Shown in pieces: positions 41,552-50,326 of a stretch of DNA of 64,000 nucleotides. The notes beneath the pieces were generated by a model, which saw nothing but the letters and a program-made list of their open reading frames with translations, made no database searches and was not told the DNA's origin. This DNA is from Pontimonas sp. (lineage in GTDB: Bacteria; Actinomycetota; Actinomycetes; Actinomycetales; Microbacteriaceae). Every line of letters begins with the position of its first letter. Within the stretch, counting starts at the first letter, position 1. Location: positions 31,943 through 95,942 of the forward strand of contig JBMUEW010000001.1 of assembly GCA_049460875.1 (NCBI GenBank), written 5' to 3'. The position numbers and the translations under genes are program-made.

Positions 41552-42397
41552 TCAGCCTCTTTGGCGCACGACCAGGCTGTCTGGGGTGGTCACATCGATG
41601 ATTCGAGTCTGCTCCCCCTCGAGAGCACGGAGGGCGGCGCTCAGCACACGAGCTTTCTCCGCAGAGCGCTCAGAAGATCCCCACACCACCTCGTGTGAAC
41701 TCCCCCGAATTGTGAACCGGACATCATCCAACGTCGTGGCCGTAACACCCTCTACTTGGCTCAAAATCTCCTCAGGCAATGCTCTCAACACCCGGGTAAT
41801 GGCCCGGAAACTGGGTGATGACGAATCGGCTGTCACGAGAATGCGCGGAAGCCCTGCAGGAACTGCCGGCTCCTCCCAGAGCGTCACACCAGCGGCGTCG
41901 ACCACCGCGAAGGACTGCCCGGACAGCACCGCGCCCACCGGCTTTCGCTCGACAATGGTGACTACCAAGGTTCCCGGAGGCTCAATTCGGGTTTCAAAAG
42001 CCTGCACCAGGGTCAAAGGCTCCAGCGCCGTCTGAACCCGCTCGTCACTAACACGAGCCAGCGGCTCACCGTAGAGGCCCTGGAGAGCGTCGGCAACGGC
42101 CTGGGAGGTGACGCGATCGCCGCCTTCGACTCGAACCTCTCGGAACGCCAACACCGGGGACAGAGTCAAGACCACCACACTGACTAACAGCAGGCCGACG
42201 CTCCCCAGCGACACCGCCCAGGTAATGCGTCGCCTCCTCGTGGCCTCCGTGAATCTGCGGTACTCCGCCTTCTCGGCGGCGGCCCGTTGGCGAGAGGCAT
42301 TCTTCACCCGTGTCGAGGGCTGGACTCTCTTCGTCTTCGCTGCAGACTTCGATTTCGACCCAGTCTGGCGAGGTTGAAAGCCCTCTGGTCTATCCAT
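41552..42397 (-). CDS. ftsQ: Cell division protein FtsQ
   Basis: Single TM helix, POTRA domain (VRVEG...PPGTLVVTIVERKP) and IDVTTP; lies between murC and ftsZ. Confidence 0.92.
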   Translation of the reverse strand: MDRPEGFQPRQTGSKSKSAAKTKRVQPSTRVKNASRQRAAAEKAEYRRFTEATRRRRITWAVSLGSVGLLLVSVVVLTLSPVLAFREVRVEGGDRVTSQAVADALQGLYGEPLARVSDERVQTALEPLTLVQAFETRIEPPGTLVVTIVERKPVGAVLSGQSFAVVDAAGVTLWEEPAVPAGLPRILVTADSSSPSFRAITRVLRALPEEILSQVEGVTATTLDDVRFTIRGSSHEVVWGSSERSAEKARVLSAALRALEGEQTRIIDVTTPDSLVVRQRG

Positions 42398-43802
42398 CGA
42401 CGCCCCCCACCGCCCTACGTTTCGCCTCGAGCAACTGGGGAACGATCTGATAAAGATCCCCGGTCGACATAGTCAGCACAATGTCACCGGGCTTGGCCCT
42501 TGCCACCGCCAGCGCGCAGGCCCGATCCCAGTCGGGCTCAAACTCGAACGATGCATCCGGAGCCATCTTCTGCAGGATGAGGTCTGTCGTCACGCCCTCG
42601 ATGGGGTCTTCCCTGGAGCCAAAAATGTTGAGAAAAATCGTGTGGTCACTCCCTCGGCTAAAAGCCTCTGCGAGTTCCGCCGCCATGTACTGGGTTCTGG
42701 AGTAGAGGTGGGGTTGGAACATGGTGATGACGGATCCCTCTCCCACCACAGCGCGCGCGGTTTCCAGCGCAGCCGCCACCTCGGTCGGATGGTGGGCGTG
42801 GTCGTCATAGAACCGCACACCCTCAATCTCACCGTGGAATTGAAACCGGCGATCCGCACCGCGAAACCCGCTGGCGGCCATCGCCGCGTCATTGAGGGTG
42901 AAGCCAGACGCGACAAGTGTGGCAATGACGCCGGTGGCGTTGAGGGCATTGAGCCTCCCGGGGACCGCGAGGGTGCACTCAGCGCTCTGCCCGCGATAGG
43001 TGACGGTGAAATGTGCCACAGGCCCTGGCACCAACGCGCTCTGCACGACATCTGCAGCGGGATCGACACCGTAGGTAATCAGGTTGCACTCGTCTCCCAG
43101 TCGAGCGGCGAGATGGCGCGTTCCCTCATCATCGAGACACACAACGACGGCGTCCTGGGCGCTCCTCGCAAATTCTTCGAACGAGTCATAAATGGCCTCA
43201 AGGGAGCCGTAGAAGTCGAGGTGATCGGGAGCGATATTGGTAATCATGGCGATGGCGGGCCGATAGTCCACAAAGGATCGGTCCGACTCGTCCGCTTCAA
43301 TCACGAAAAGCTCGTCCTCTCCCCATCGGGAGGACACGCCCCATTCACTCACCACTCCGCCATTGACCGCACCCGAGTCGCGACCGGATCGATCGAGCGC
43401 CGTGGCGAGCATGGCCGTCGACGTCGTTTTGCCATGGGAACCAGCGACCGCCAGAACCTTCTTACCGCGGATAATCCAGCGCAGCGCCTCGGAGCGGTGA
43501 AGGATCTGGAGCCCGCGGGCGCGCGCCTCCACCAGTTCGGGGTTTTCTTCTCGCACGGCGCTCGAGAGAACTACAGTGGTGGCCTCGCCCACGTGGGAAG
43601 GGTCATGGCCGATTCGCACCGTGATACCCGAGCTCTCCAAAGATTCGGTCACCTCGGAGGCCGCTCGATCCGAACCCGAGACTGTGAGACCGCGCTGGGC
43701 AAGCACTCGGGCGATCCCGCTCATCCCCGAGCCACCAATACCAATACAGTGCACTGCGCCCAGCTCATCGGGAATGGCACGACCCAGTTCAGGTTTGACC
43801 AT
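42390..43802 (-). CDS. murC: UDP-N-acetylmuramate--amino acid ligase MurC
   Basis: GIGGSGMS, GSHGKTT, EADESD, DHLD, HHPTE and FQPHLYSRT. Confidence 0.95.
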   Translation of the reverse strand: MVKPELGRAIPDELGAVHCIGIGGSGMSGIARVLAQRGLTVSGSDRAASEVTESLESSGITVRIGHDPSHVGEATTVVLSSAVREENPELVEARARGLQILHRSEALRWIIRGKKVLAVAGSHGKTTSTAMLATALDRSGRDSGAVNGGVVSEWGVSSRWGEDELFVIEADESDRSFVDYRPAIAMITNIAPDHLDFYGSLEAIYDSFEEFARSAQDAVVVCLDDEGTRHLAARLGDECNLITYGVDPAADVVQSALVPGPVAHFTVTYRGQSAECTLAVPGRLNALNATGVIATLVASGFTLNDAAMAASGFRGADRRFQFHGEIEGVRFYDDHAHHPTEVAAALETARAVVGEGSVITMFQPHLYSRTQYMAAELAEAFSRGSDHTIFLNIFGSREDPIEGVTTDLILQKMAPDASFEFEPDWDRACALAVARAKPGDIVLTMSTGDLYQIVPQLLEAKRRAVGGVDG

Positions 43803-44896
43803 CAGGAAACCTTTTCTTTCTGACCGAGAGCGTCACGCATTACGCCCACGAAAGCCTCTGCGGCATCAGCACGCCCCAAACCTTTCGCCTTCTGACGCAT
43901 GCGCTGGAGGGCTGCATCATCGCCCAACAGCGGTAGAACGGTTGCCCGCACATAATCGGGGGTGAAGTCAGCATCCGTAACCAAGACCGCGGATCCGGCC
44001 TGGAGTGAATCCCACGCGTTCTTTTCCTGCTCCCCATTGCCCACCGGATAGGGCACAAACACCGCGGGGAGGCCGAGCACCTGAATCTCCGACACGGTGG
44101 CGGCCCCAGCCCGAGAAATGACGGCCGTCGCGGCCGCAAATGCGAGGTCCATTCGATCGCAATACTGAACAGCCACGTAACCGGGGGTGTCTTTGTCGGG
44201 CAAGGGGTTTCGGCTACCCACGATGTGCAGCACCTGCCACCCACCCTTCACCACATCCAACACCACGTCGTGGACAGTCGAGTTGATACTGACCGACCCT
44301 TGTGAGCCTCCCGTGACCACCAGAGTCTTCTTCCGGGGCGACAACCCGAAGTGACTACGGGCCTCGGAGACTGTCGGAGTCGACTCTGGGTGCGTAATGC
44401 TGCGTGGCATCGGCATCCCCAGTAATCGAGCTCGGGGCAACTTAGTCAAGGAGAACGTCGTCACGACATAGTGGGTGAGCCTCGCACCCCAGCGATTCGC
44501 AAAACCAGGAACAGCGTTCGCCTCGTGAATGACGAGGGGAATCCGCAACAACCACGCCGCAACATAGACGGGCGCTGATACATAGCCACCAAATCCTGCA
44601 ACGACCTCGGGACGATGTGCGCGAATTACCTGCATGCTTTTCAGGACCGCTCCGGCAAATCGGGGCCAGAACGCGAGCGCCGAGAGCGTCACCCGTCTCG
44701 GAAGAGGAAGCCTCGCGATAGTTTCCAGACGGAAGCCTGCCTGAGGAACGAGTCGAGTTTCGAGGCCCTCCTGGGTGCCGATAACGACAATGTCGTCGGT
44801 CGTGGACTCTCCTTGCCGAATGAGCTCGTGTGCCACCGCCAGTAATGGGTTCACGTGGCCGGTGGTTCCCCCACCGGCAAGAACCACTCGCATCAT
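43802..44896 (-). CDS. murG: Lipid II GlcNAc transferase MurG
   Basis: GGGTTGH, GFGGYVS, HEAN, GGSQG and SRAGA. Confidence 0.96.
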   Translation of the reverse strand: MMRVVLAGGGTTGHVNPLLAVAHELIRQGESTTDDIVVIGTQEGLETRLVPQAGFRLETIARLPLPRRVTLSALAFWPRFAGAVLKSMQVIRAHRPEVVAGFGGYVSAPVYVAAWLLRIPLVIHEANAVPGFANRWGARLTHYVVTTFSLTKLPRARLLGMPMPRSITHPESTPTVSEARSHFGLSPRKKTLVVTGGSQGSVSINSTVHDVVLDVVKGGWQVLHIVGSRNPLPDKDTPGYVAVQYCDRMDLAFAAATAVISRAGAATVSEIQVLGLPAVFVPYPVGNGEQEKNAWDSLQAGSAVLVTDADFTPDYVRATVLPLLGDDAALQRMRQKAKGLGRADAAEAFVGVMRDALGQKEKVS

Positions 44897-46095
44897 CGGG
44901 TTGAGCTCCGCCTCGAGGAGCTGGCGCTCACCGAAATCGCGTCATGTCGATTGAGCGCCATGACCACGCCGATACCCAAGAGAGAAGCGAGAAGGGCAGA
45001 ACCACCCACCGACATGAACGGCAAGGGGACACCCAAGACAGGAAGAACCTCTAAGACCACCGCGATGTTGATGAGTGCTTGCCCACTGAGCCAGACCATG
45101 ACCCCACCGGTGACAAGCCTGGCGAACGGGTCGGGTTGCGCGCGGACCAGTCGAGCCATCGAGACAGCGAGAATCACGAAGGAGAGGATGACCATACTGG
45201 TTCCGATCAGACCGAGCTCCTCCCCCACAATGGCAAAGATAAAGTCAGTCTCGGCGTGCGGCAGCCACGACCATTTGGCCCGCGAATTGCCTAACCCCAC
45301 GCCCAAAATCCCGCCAGAACCCAGTGCGTAGGTGGAGTGAACTATTTGCCAGCAGGTTCCCAAATAGTCGTCCTCGGTACAACCGGAAAACCACGTCATG
45401 ATTCGATCAATTCGAGAAGGACTCAGCATCGCGAGAAGAGCCACCCCAGCGCCGATGAAGGCAACCACCGTGAAGAGGTGGGACAGTTTTGCTCCGGCAA
45501 GGAAGACAATTCCGAGGGCAATGATGACCATGACCCCCATGGTTCCGAGGTCTTGGCCGAGCATTACCAAGGTGAGCGCCATGAGCACACCCAGTCCCAG
45601 AGGTCGCAACAGCGTCCGATAGTCCTCAACGACGTCGATGCGATCGGCGAGAATCGCCGCCATCCAAATGATCATGGCGACTTTCAAGATTTCGGAGGGC
45701 TGACCGGTAAAGCCGGCGATGTTGACCCAGTTGGTGTTACCACCCGAGGTGATACCGAGAGGAGTGAACACAAGACCCTGCAGTAGCAACGCCACCAGAA
45801 AAATACTGGGTGCCAGTTTTTTCAGCGCTCGGGCGGGAAAGCGCGAGATGACGAGCATCAGCGGCACGCCCAGTGCGACCCACACGACCTGACGGAAAAA
45901 GGTGGCGAAAAAGTCCCCGTCATTACCGAGTGCAGACCCCACGAAGGACGACGAGAGCACCATCACCAGTCCAAAAATGACCAGGAAGAACACCATGGAG
46001 ACCATGACGACGTAATCTGCCGATTCTCGCCCAAAAAGGCGCTTCACCGACACGGTGACGCGTGGCGCAGACGTCTTCGATGCGACTTGAGTCAC
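44893..46095 (-). CDS. ftsW: SEDS peptidoglycan polymerase FtsW
   Basis: QPSE, DLGT, AETDFIFAIVGEELG and PFMSVGGS. Start placed at GTG 46095 because ATG 46131 lies inside a regulatory box. Confidence 0.95.
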   Translation of the reverse strand: MTQVASKTSAPRVTVSVKRLFGRESADYVVMVSMVFFLVIFGLVMVLSSSFVGSALGNDGDFFATFFRQVVWVALGVPLMLVISRFPARALKKLAPSIFLVALLLQGLVFTPLGITSGGNTNWVNIAGFTGQPSEILKVAMIIWMAAILADRIDVVEDYRTLLRPLGLGVLMALTLVMLGQDLGTMGVMVIIALGIVFLAGAKLSHLFTVVAFIGAGVALLAMLSPSRIDRIMTWFSGCTEDDYLGTCWQIVHSTYALGSGGILGVGLGNSRAKWSWLPHAETDFIFAIVGEELGLIGTSMVILSFVILAVSMARLVRAQPDPFARLVTGGVMVWLSGQALINIAVVLEVLPVLGVPLPFMSVGGSALLASLLGIGVVMALNRHDAISVSASSSRRSSTR

Positions 46096-46122
46096 TACGC
46101 CCCCACCTACTTTCGACCATCG

Positions 46123-46147
46123 GACCTTCATGTAGAGGTTGATGGAT
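46123..46147. promoter_or_regulatory. Second copy of the ftsZ-type palindromic box upstream of ftsW
   Basis: GACCTTCATGTAGAGGTTGATGGAT shares ACCTTCA.G.....GTTGA.G with the ftsZ box. A -10-like CACACT lies at 46167-46162 (minus strand). Confidence 0.55.
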
Positions 46148-46226
46148 GTTGCGTACCCTCCAGTGTGTGGGGAAAACAGCCTGAGAACCGCTAAGGCACG
46201 CCGATTAGTCGCGGTGCAAATCCAGG

Positions 46227-47216
46227 CTAGGGAAGGCTCAAAACGCCGGCGATAAGAGCAGGTTCGACGTCCTTCGAGCGCGTGATGGCGATTGCTGCCA
46301 AGAGAGCGGGTAGCTGATCGGGAACACGCCAGCCAGCCTCCTGGAGTTCCTCCAGCGTCGAAATCTCCAGTGCTTGATGGGCTCGGTCGTCGAGGAAGGC
46401 GCGATCAACGATGATTCCCTCCACCAAGCCGATGTCGCTCATCCCCGGGGAATCAAGACCGAGCCCAATAGCTCTGGCACCCTCAACAACTTCGGCGTCT
46501 TCAACTTGGGACTCTGTAGGGCCCACTCCCTTGCGATAGACGCAGGCGTGGGTGGTCCCATCAAAGAACACTCCCCCGGAATCATCACGTTCTGTCTCCA
46601 GCGACACGGTCAACGAGGGCGAAATGGGGCTCTGGGGAAAACGAGAGCGCCAGATCAACGAGTGCGGGGAAACCTGGACGATCAGGTTCTCCCACGGGCG
46701 AGGTTCCCGCAGAGCGTCCAAAACGGGGGGCGCTAGATAGCCCACGACACGGGTGGGCAACTCGGCCGCTTGAAAGACCCGTACAGCAAGGTCGACTGCA
46801 GTGTCAGACCCCGGGCCATGGAGCACCATCGTCCAGGAAGCAGGGGGACCTGACTTGTCCCGAAGACGCCATGCCAGATCAAGATCCGACCAGAGGGGAA
46901 TTCCGCGCACGCGAATCGACGCCATCACCGGATCGTCTGCTTTCACTCCAGGCGAAGCGATGGCGACATCCCACTCGTGGTTTTCCATCTCCCGAACCCG
47001 GGCGGCGGGATCGGGATCCACAAGCACCGTCGCGCCCACGACGCGCGCGAGGTTGAGCAAGTCTTCTGGCGCTTCCGGAGCACACACCGTGACCTCGCAA
47101 CCCAGCTCGCAGAGTGTGTCCACTACCGCGAAGCCCGTCTGTCCCAGGCCCACAACCAGAGCGCGAAGGCCCGACCAGGGTGAGTGCCAGCTCGTCAGGT
47201 CATCGAGAGCGCTCAT
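46227..47216 (-). CDS. murD: Degenerate, C-terminally truncated MurD homologue (probable pseudo-enzyme)
   Basis: Occupies the murD position between mraY and ftsW. Retains LTSWH..W.GLR, GLGQTG, ASPG, LAWRLRDK, PVLDA and EVVEGARAIG...DRAFLDDR. The P-loop GTNGKTT is replaced by LHGPGSDTA, DHL is absent, and the protein ends before domain 3. Confidence 0.85.
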   Translation of the reverse strand: MSALDDLTSWHSPWSGLRALVVGLGQTGFAVVDTLCELGCEVTVCAPEAPEDLLNLARVVGATVLVDPDPAARVREMENHEWDVAIASPGVKADDPVMASIRVRGIPLWSDLDLAWRLRDKSGPPASWTMVLHGPGSDTAVDLAVRVFQAAELPTRVVGYLAPPVLDALREPRPWENLIVQVSPHSLIWRSRFPQSPISPSLTVSLETERDDSGGVFFDGTTHACVYRKGVGPTESQVEDAEVVEGARAIGLGLDSPGMSDIGLVEGIIVDRAFLDDRAHQALEISTLEELQEAGWRVPDQLPALLAAIAITRSKDVEPALIAGVLSLP

Positions 47217-47218
47217 GG

Positions 47219-48316
47219 TCAACGACTGAGCCACTCCAGGTAAAACAGTCCAGCGCCCACAGCGGCGAAGAGTCCGGCGATGAGCCAGAACCTCACCACA
47301 ATGGTCACTTCAGCCCACCCTTTGATTTCGTAGTGGTGGTGAAGCGGAGACGAGTAGAAAATTCGTCGACCACCGGTCGCCTTGAAATAGAGACGCTGAA
47401 GGATGACCGATCCGGTCAAGATGACGAAGAGTCCGCCGACAATCGGGAGCAGGACTTCGGTGCGTGAGAACAGAGCGAGAGCAGCAACTCCGCCTCCCAG
47501 AGCCAGAGACCCCGTGTCGCCCATGAAGATTTTTGCTGGGGAGGTATTCCACCAGAGAAAACCAATCAAACTGGCCGCCACGATGGCCGCCACCGCAGTG
47601 AGCTCCAGAGAGTCCCGCACTTCGTAGCACTTATAGAGGACGTCCTCGTCCGGGAAAGCGCGGAAGCAGGACTGGTTGAACTGCCAAAAGGTGATCATGA
47701 CGTAGGCGACGAAGACGAGGATGGTGGCTCCACTGGCCAATCCATCGAGGCCATCCGTGAGGTTCACGGCGTTGGAGGTGCCCACGATAATCAACGTCGC
47801 CCAGATAGCAAACGCCACGACCGCCGCCCAGTATCCCCACTCCACAAACGACACAAGGTCGGCCCCGCGCACGACAGAAATACCCTGAGCGGCCGGGGTT
47901 ATGCCGTTTTCGTCGGGAAAGGACACGGATCCCCAGGCAAAAGCGACGGACACAGCGAGCTGTCCAATAACTTTCCCTCGTGGTGAGAGGCCAAGAGATT
48001 GTTGTCGACGAATCTTGGAAAAGTCATCGAGGAATCCCACGAGACCTAACCCGACCATGAGGCCCACAACGAGGAGTCCCGAGGGACTGGGCATCTCGCC
48101 TTCGATGAGGTGTGCGCCAAAGTACCCAGCGACCACTGCCAACAAGATGACAATCCCACCCATGGTGGGGGTTCCGCGTTTGACGTAGTGGGTCTTGGGG
48201 CCATCCTGGCGGATGAACTGACCCCACCCGATCTTTGCGAAAAGCCGGATGAATAGGGGCGTCAGGAAGAGTGAAAAACCCAGCGCGATAGCGCTACCCA
48301 GAAGAAGTATTCTCAC
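47219..48316 (-). CDS. mraY: Phospho-MurNAc-pentapeptide translocase
   Basis: TPTMGG, FLDD, NAVNLTDGLDGL, FMGDTGS and PLHHH. Confidence 0.97.
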   Translation of the reverse strand: MRILLLGSAIALGFSLFLTPLFIRLFAKIGWGQFIRQDGPKTHYVKRGTPTMGGIVILLAVVAGYFGAHLIEGEMPSPSGLLVVGLMVGLGLVGFLDDFSKIRRQQSLGLSPRGKVIGQLAVSVAFAWGSVSFPDENGITPAAQGISVVRGADLVSFVEWGYWAAVVAFAIWATLIIVGTSNAVNLTDGLDGLASGATILVFVAYVMITFWQFNQSCFRAFPDEDVLYKCYEVRDSLELTAVAAIVAASLIGFLWWNTSPAKIFMGDTGSLALGGGVAALALFSRTEVLLPIVGGLFVILTGSVILQRLYFKATGGRRIFYSSPLHHHYEIKGWAEVTIVVRFWLIAGLFAAVGAGLFYLEWLSR

Positions 48317-48756
48317 GAGAGCTCAGCTTTCACCCTCGACACCAACTCGGAGAGTGGTTCCTCGGTGCTCCCCAGGATGAGAAGAACGTCGCCGGGCTGA
48401 AGGAGAGCACGGATGTCATCGTACGCGCTGTCAGCGTTCTCACAGAAGCGCGACTCTCCGTCCCAACTTCCTTCCATTCCGACCGAGAGAAAAAGTGCTC
48501 GAGCGCCCGCTCCCACAGCAAAAACTTGGGTGATATTGAGTCGGACCATGAGTGCCCCAAACGCGCTGAGGTTGTCATAGTCCGAATCCCCTGAAAAATC
48601 CAGCGCTCCTGCAACCGCGACCACTCGACGGGAACCTCGAGCAAACCCCGAGACAGACTTGGCAACCTCCACGGCCTCAACGGCTCGCGTCACGTGCGAC
48701 GCGTCGACAAGGATCACATCGTCGGCGAGAGTCTCTCCCCCGGCTAGCGCGCTCAC
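48313..48756 (-). CDS. murF: MurF remnant: degenerate C-terminal domain only (147 aa)
   Basis: Occupies the murF position between murE and mraY. RRVVAVAG..., VRLNI.QVFAVG.GAR.L, EGSWDGES and LQPGDVLLILGS match the MurF C-terminal domain. No N-terminal or ATPase domain. GTGA overlaps at both ends. Confidence 0.8.
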   Translation of the reverse strand: MSALAGGETLADDVILVDASHVTRAVEAVEVAKSVSGFARGSRRVVAVAGALDFSGDSDYDNLSAFGALMVRLNITQVFAVGAGARALFLSVGMEGSWDGESRFCENADSAYDDIRALLQPGDVLLILGSTEEPLSELVSRVKAELS

Positions 48757-50294
48757 TGCTGCCCCCAGCCAGCCTCCGACAAGGCTTGGCGTGCTTCACT
48801 TCGGGCGGAGTAAGGAACCTTCACTCCGCCAATGTCGCGGTAATCCTGCGAGCCTGGACCAGTCCAGAGAATTGTGTCACCGTCATGGGCACGACCGACC
48901 GCGAACCGGATTGCCTCGCTCGGGTCGGGTATTTCATGAACTTCCTTACCGGGAACACTCCTCGCTCCCTCCAAAAGCCCCTGGCGAATAGCGTCCGGGT
49001 CTTCACGTCGCGGGTCGTCATCGGTAACGATGACCACATCGGCAAGCCTGGCCGCAGTAGCTCCCATAATCGGTCGCTTTGTCGCATCACGATTCCCCGA
49101 TGTTCCACACACCATGATGAGCTGTCCCGCCGTGTGCTCACGCAAAGCACCGAGTGTGTGCTCGTACGCATCAGCGCTGCGTCCCGCATCGACATAGACC
49201 TGGGGGCCTCGCGCACCCGACACCTTCTCCATTCGGCCGGGAATAAAGACCGGTATACCCCCGGTTCCAGGGCCCATGGTGGCAAAATCGGCTGGAGAAA
49301 TTCCAGATGTCACCACCATGACGACGGCGAGCGCAGTGTTGGCCACCATGTGGTCCCCACTAAGCGGAACATCGACCGTGATGGACTCTCCGAGAGGACC
49401 ATCTACGGTGAGGGTGGTTATCCCGTGGTCAGCGGGCACGCTCTCCCATAGCCATTGGGCGCCACGGGAGCTTCGGTGGGCCACCGTAACCGTGGGAATG
49501 TCGACACTGCTTGCCAACTGCTGCCCCCAGGTCGAATCCACGCAGATAACTGCTGTACGGGCGCGCTCTGGCGTAAAGAGCGCCGCTTTCGCTGCGAGAT
49601 AGTTCTCCATCGTGCCGAAGTCTTCGAGGTGGTCGTGGCTGAGGTTCGTGAAGCCGGCCACATCACACACGACGTGGTCAAGACGGTTCTTATCGAGAGC
49701 TTGAGCGCTAATCTCCACAGCAATGCCCGACACGCCTTCCTCGCGAGCTCTCGCAATCATCGCGTGAATATCAGGGGCTTCTGGGGTAGTGAGAGAGCTT
49801 CGAAAAGTCCCGCCCTTAACCTGGCGTACCGCGGTCGTGGACAGCGCAGTGGCCTGGCCAAGCCCGCGAAGAATCGCCTCCAGGAGGAAGGCCGTTGACG
49901 TCTTTCCGTTCGTCCCGGTAACTCCGAAGATCGTGGGAACATCATCCCCGACGGTTCCGTAAATCTGGGCAGAGACGGCGCCTAAGACCGCGCGCGGATT
50001 GTCAGCTCGAAGAATAGGCAGGGTCGTGTCATTCACCACATCCACACCGTGATCGTCGGTGAGGATTGCGCTCGCGCCAGCTGCTTTCGCTTCAGGCCAG
50101 AATTCGCTGCCGTGACGGTTCACGCCGCGCAACGCGACAAAAAGATCGCCAGGTTGAACAGCGCTCGACGCGAGGGCGAGGCCGGTGACCGTGGCGTCGG
50201 ATCCCCGGTGTTGCAGCCCCAGGGTAGACGCGAGAGCTGAAAGCGCCACGGGCCTTGTCAATCGGGGTCTCAGTGCGTCGTGCTCTGGCACCAC
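48753..50294 (-). CDS. murE: MurE-family Mur ligase with atypical substrate-binding motifs
   Basis: PGDLFVAL.G, GVTGTNGKTST, TTPE, FTNLSHDHL, PGRME, RDATKR and DDPR.ED. Confidence 0.92.
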   Translation of the reverse strand: MVPEHDALRPRLTRPVALSALASTLGLQHRGSDATVTGLALASSAVQPGDLFVALRGVNRHGSEFWPEAKAAGASAILTDDHGVDVVNDTTLPILRADNPRAVLGAVSAQIYGTVGDDVPTIFGVTGTNGKTSTAFLLEAILRGLGQATALSTTAVRQVKGGTFRSSLTTPEAPDIHAMIARAREEGVSGIAVEISAQALDKNRLDHVVCDVAGFTNLSHDHLEDFGTMENYLAAKAALFTPERARTAVICVDSTWGQQLASSVDIPTVTVAHRSSRGAQWLWESVPADHGITTLTVDGPLGESITVDVPLSGDHMVANTALAVVMVVTSGISPADFATMGPGTGGIPVFIPGRMEKVSGARGPQVYVDAGRSADAYEHTLGALREHTAGQLIMVCGTSGNRDATKRPIMGATAARLADVVIVTDDDPRREDPDAIRQGLLEGARSVPGKEVHEIPDPSEAIRFAVGRAHDGDTILWTGPGSQDYRDIGGVKVPYSARSEARQALSEAGWGQQ

Positions 50295-50326
50295 TACACC
50301 CCCTTCCAGGGCGCCTGCACCCCGTC

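Noticed and set aside
40238-43823. Long plus-strand ORFs opposite ftsZ (323 aa) and murC (393 aa)
   Set aside because: Antisense shadows of conserved genes caused by codon bias; no domain signal.
46132-46226. Frameshifted continuation of murD that would restore the C-terminal domain
   Set aside because: Under 135 bp lie before ftsW, far too short for domain 3. The catalytic motifs upstream are also lost, so a single sequencing error cannot explain it.
48313-50294. MurE-MurF fusion or read-through making a bifunctional enzyme
   Set aside because: The ORFs are in different frames with an ordinary GTGA overlap and no evident slippery site. A fusion would still lack the MurF ATPase domain.
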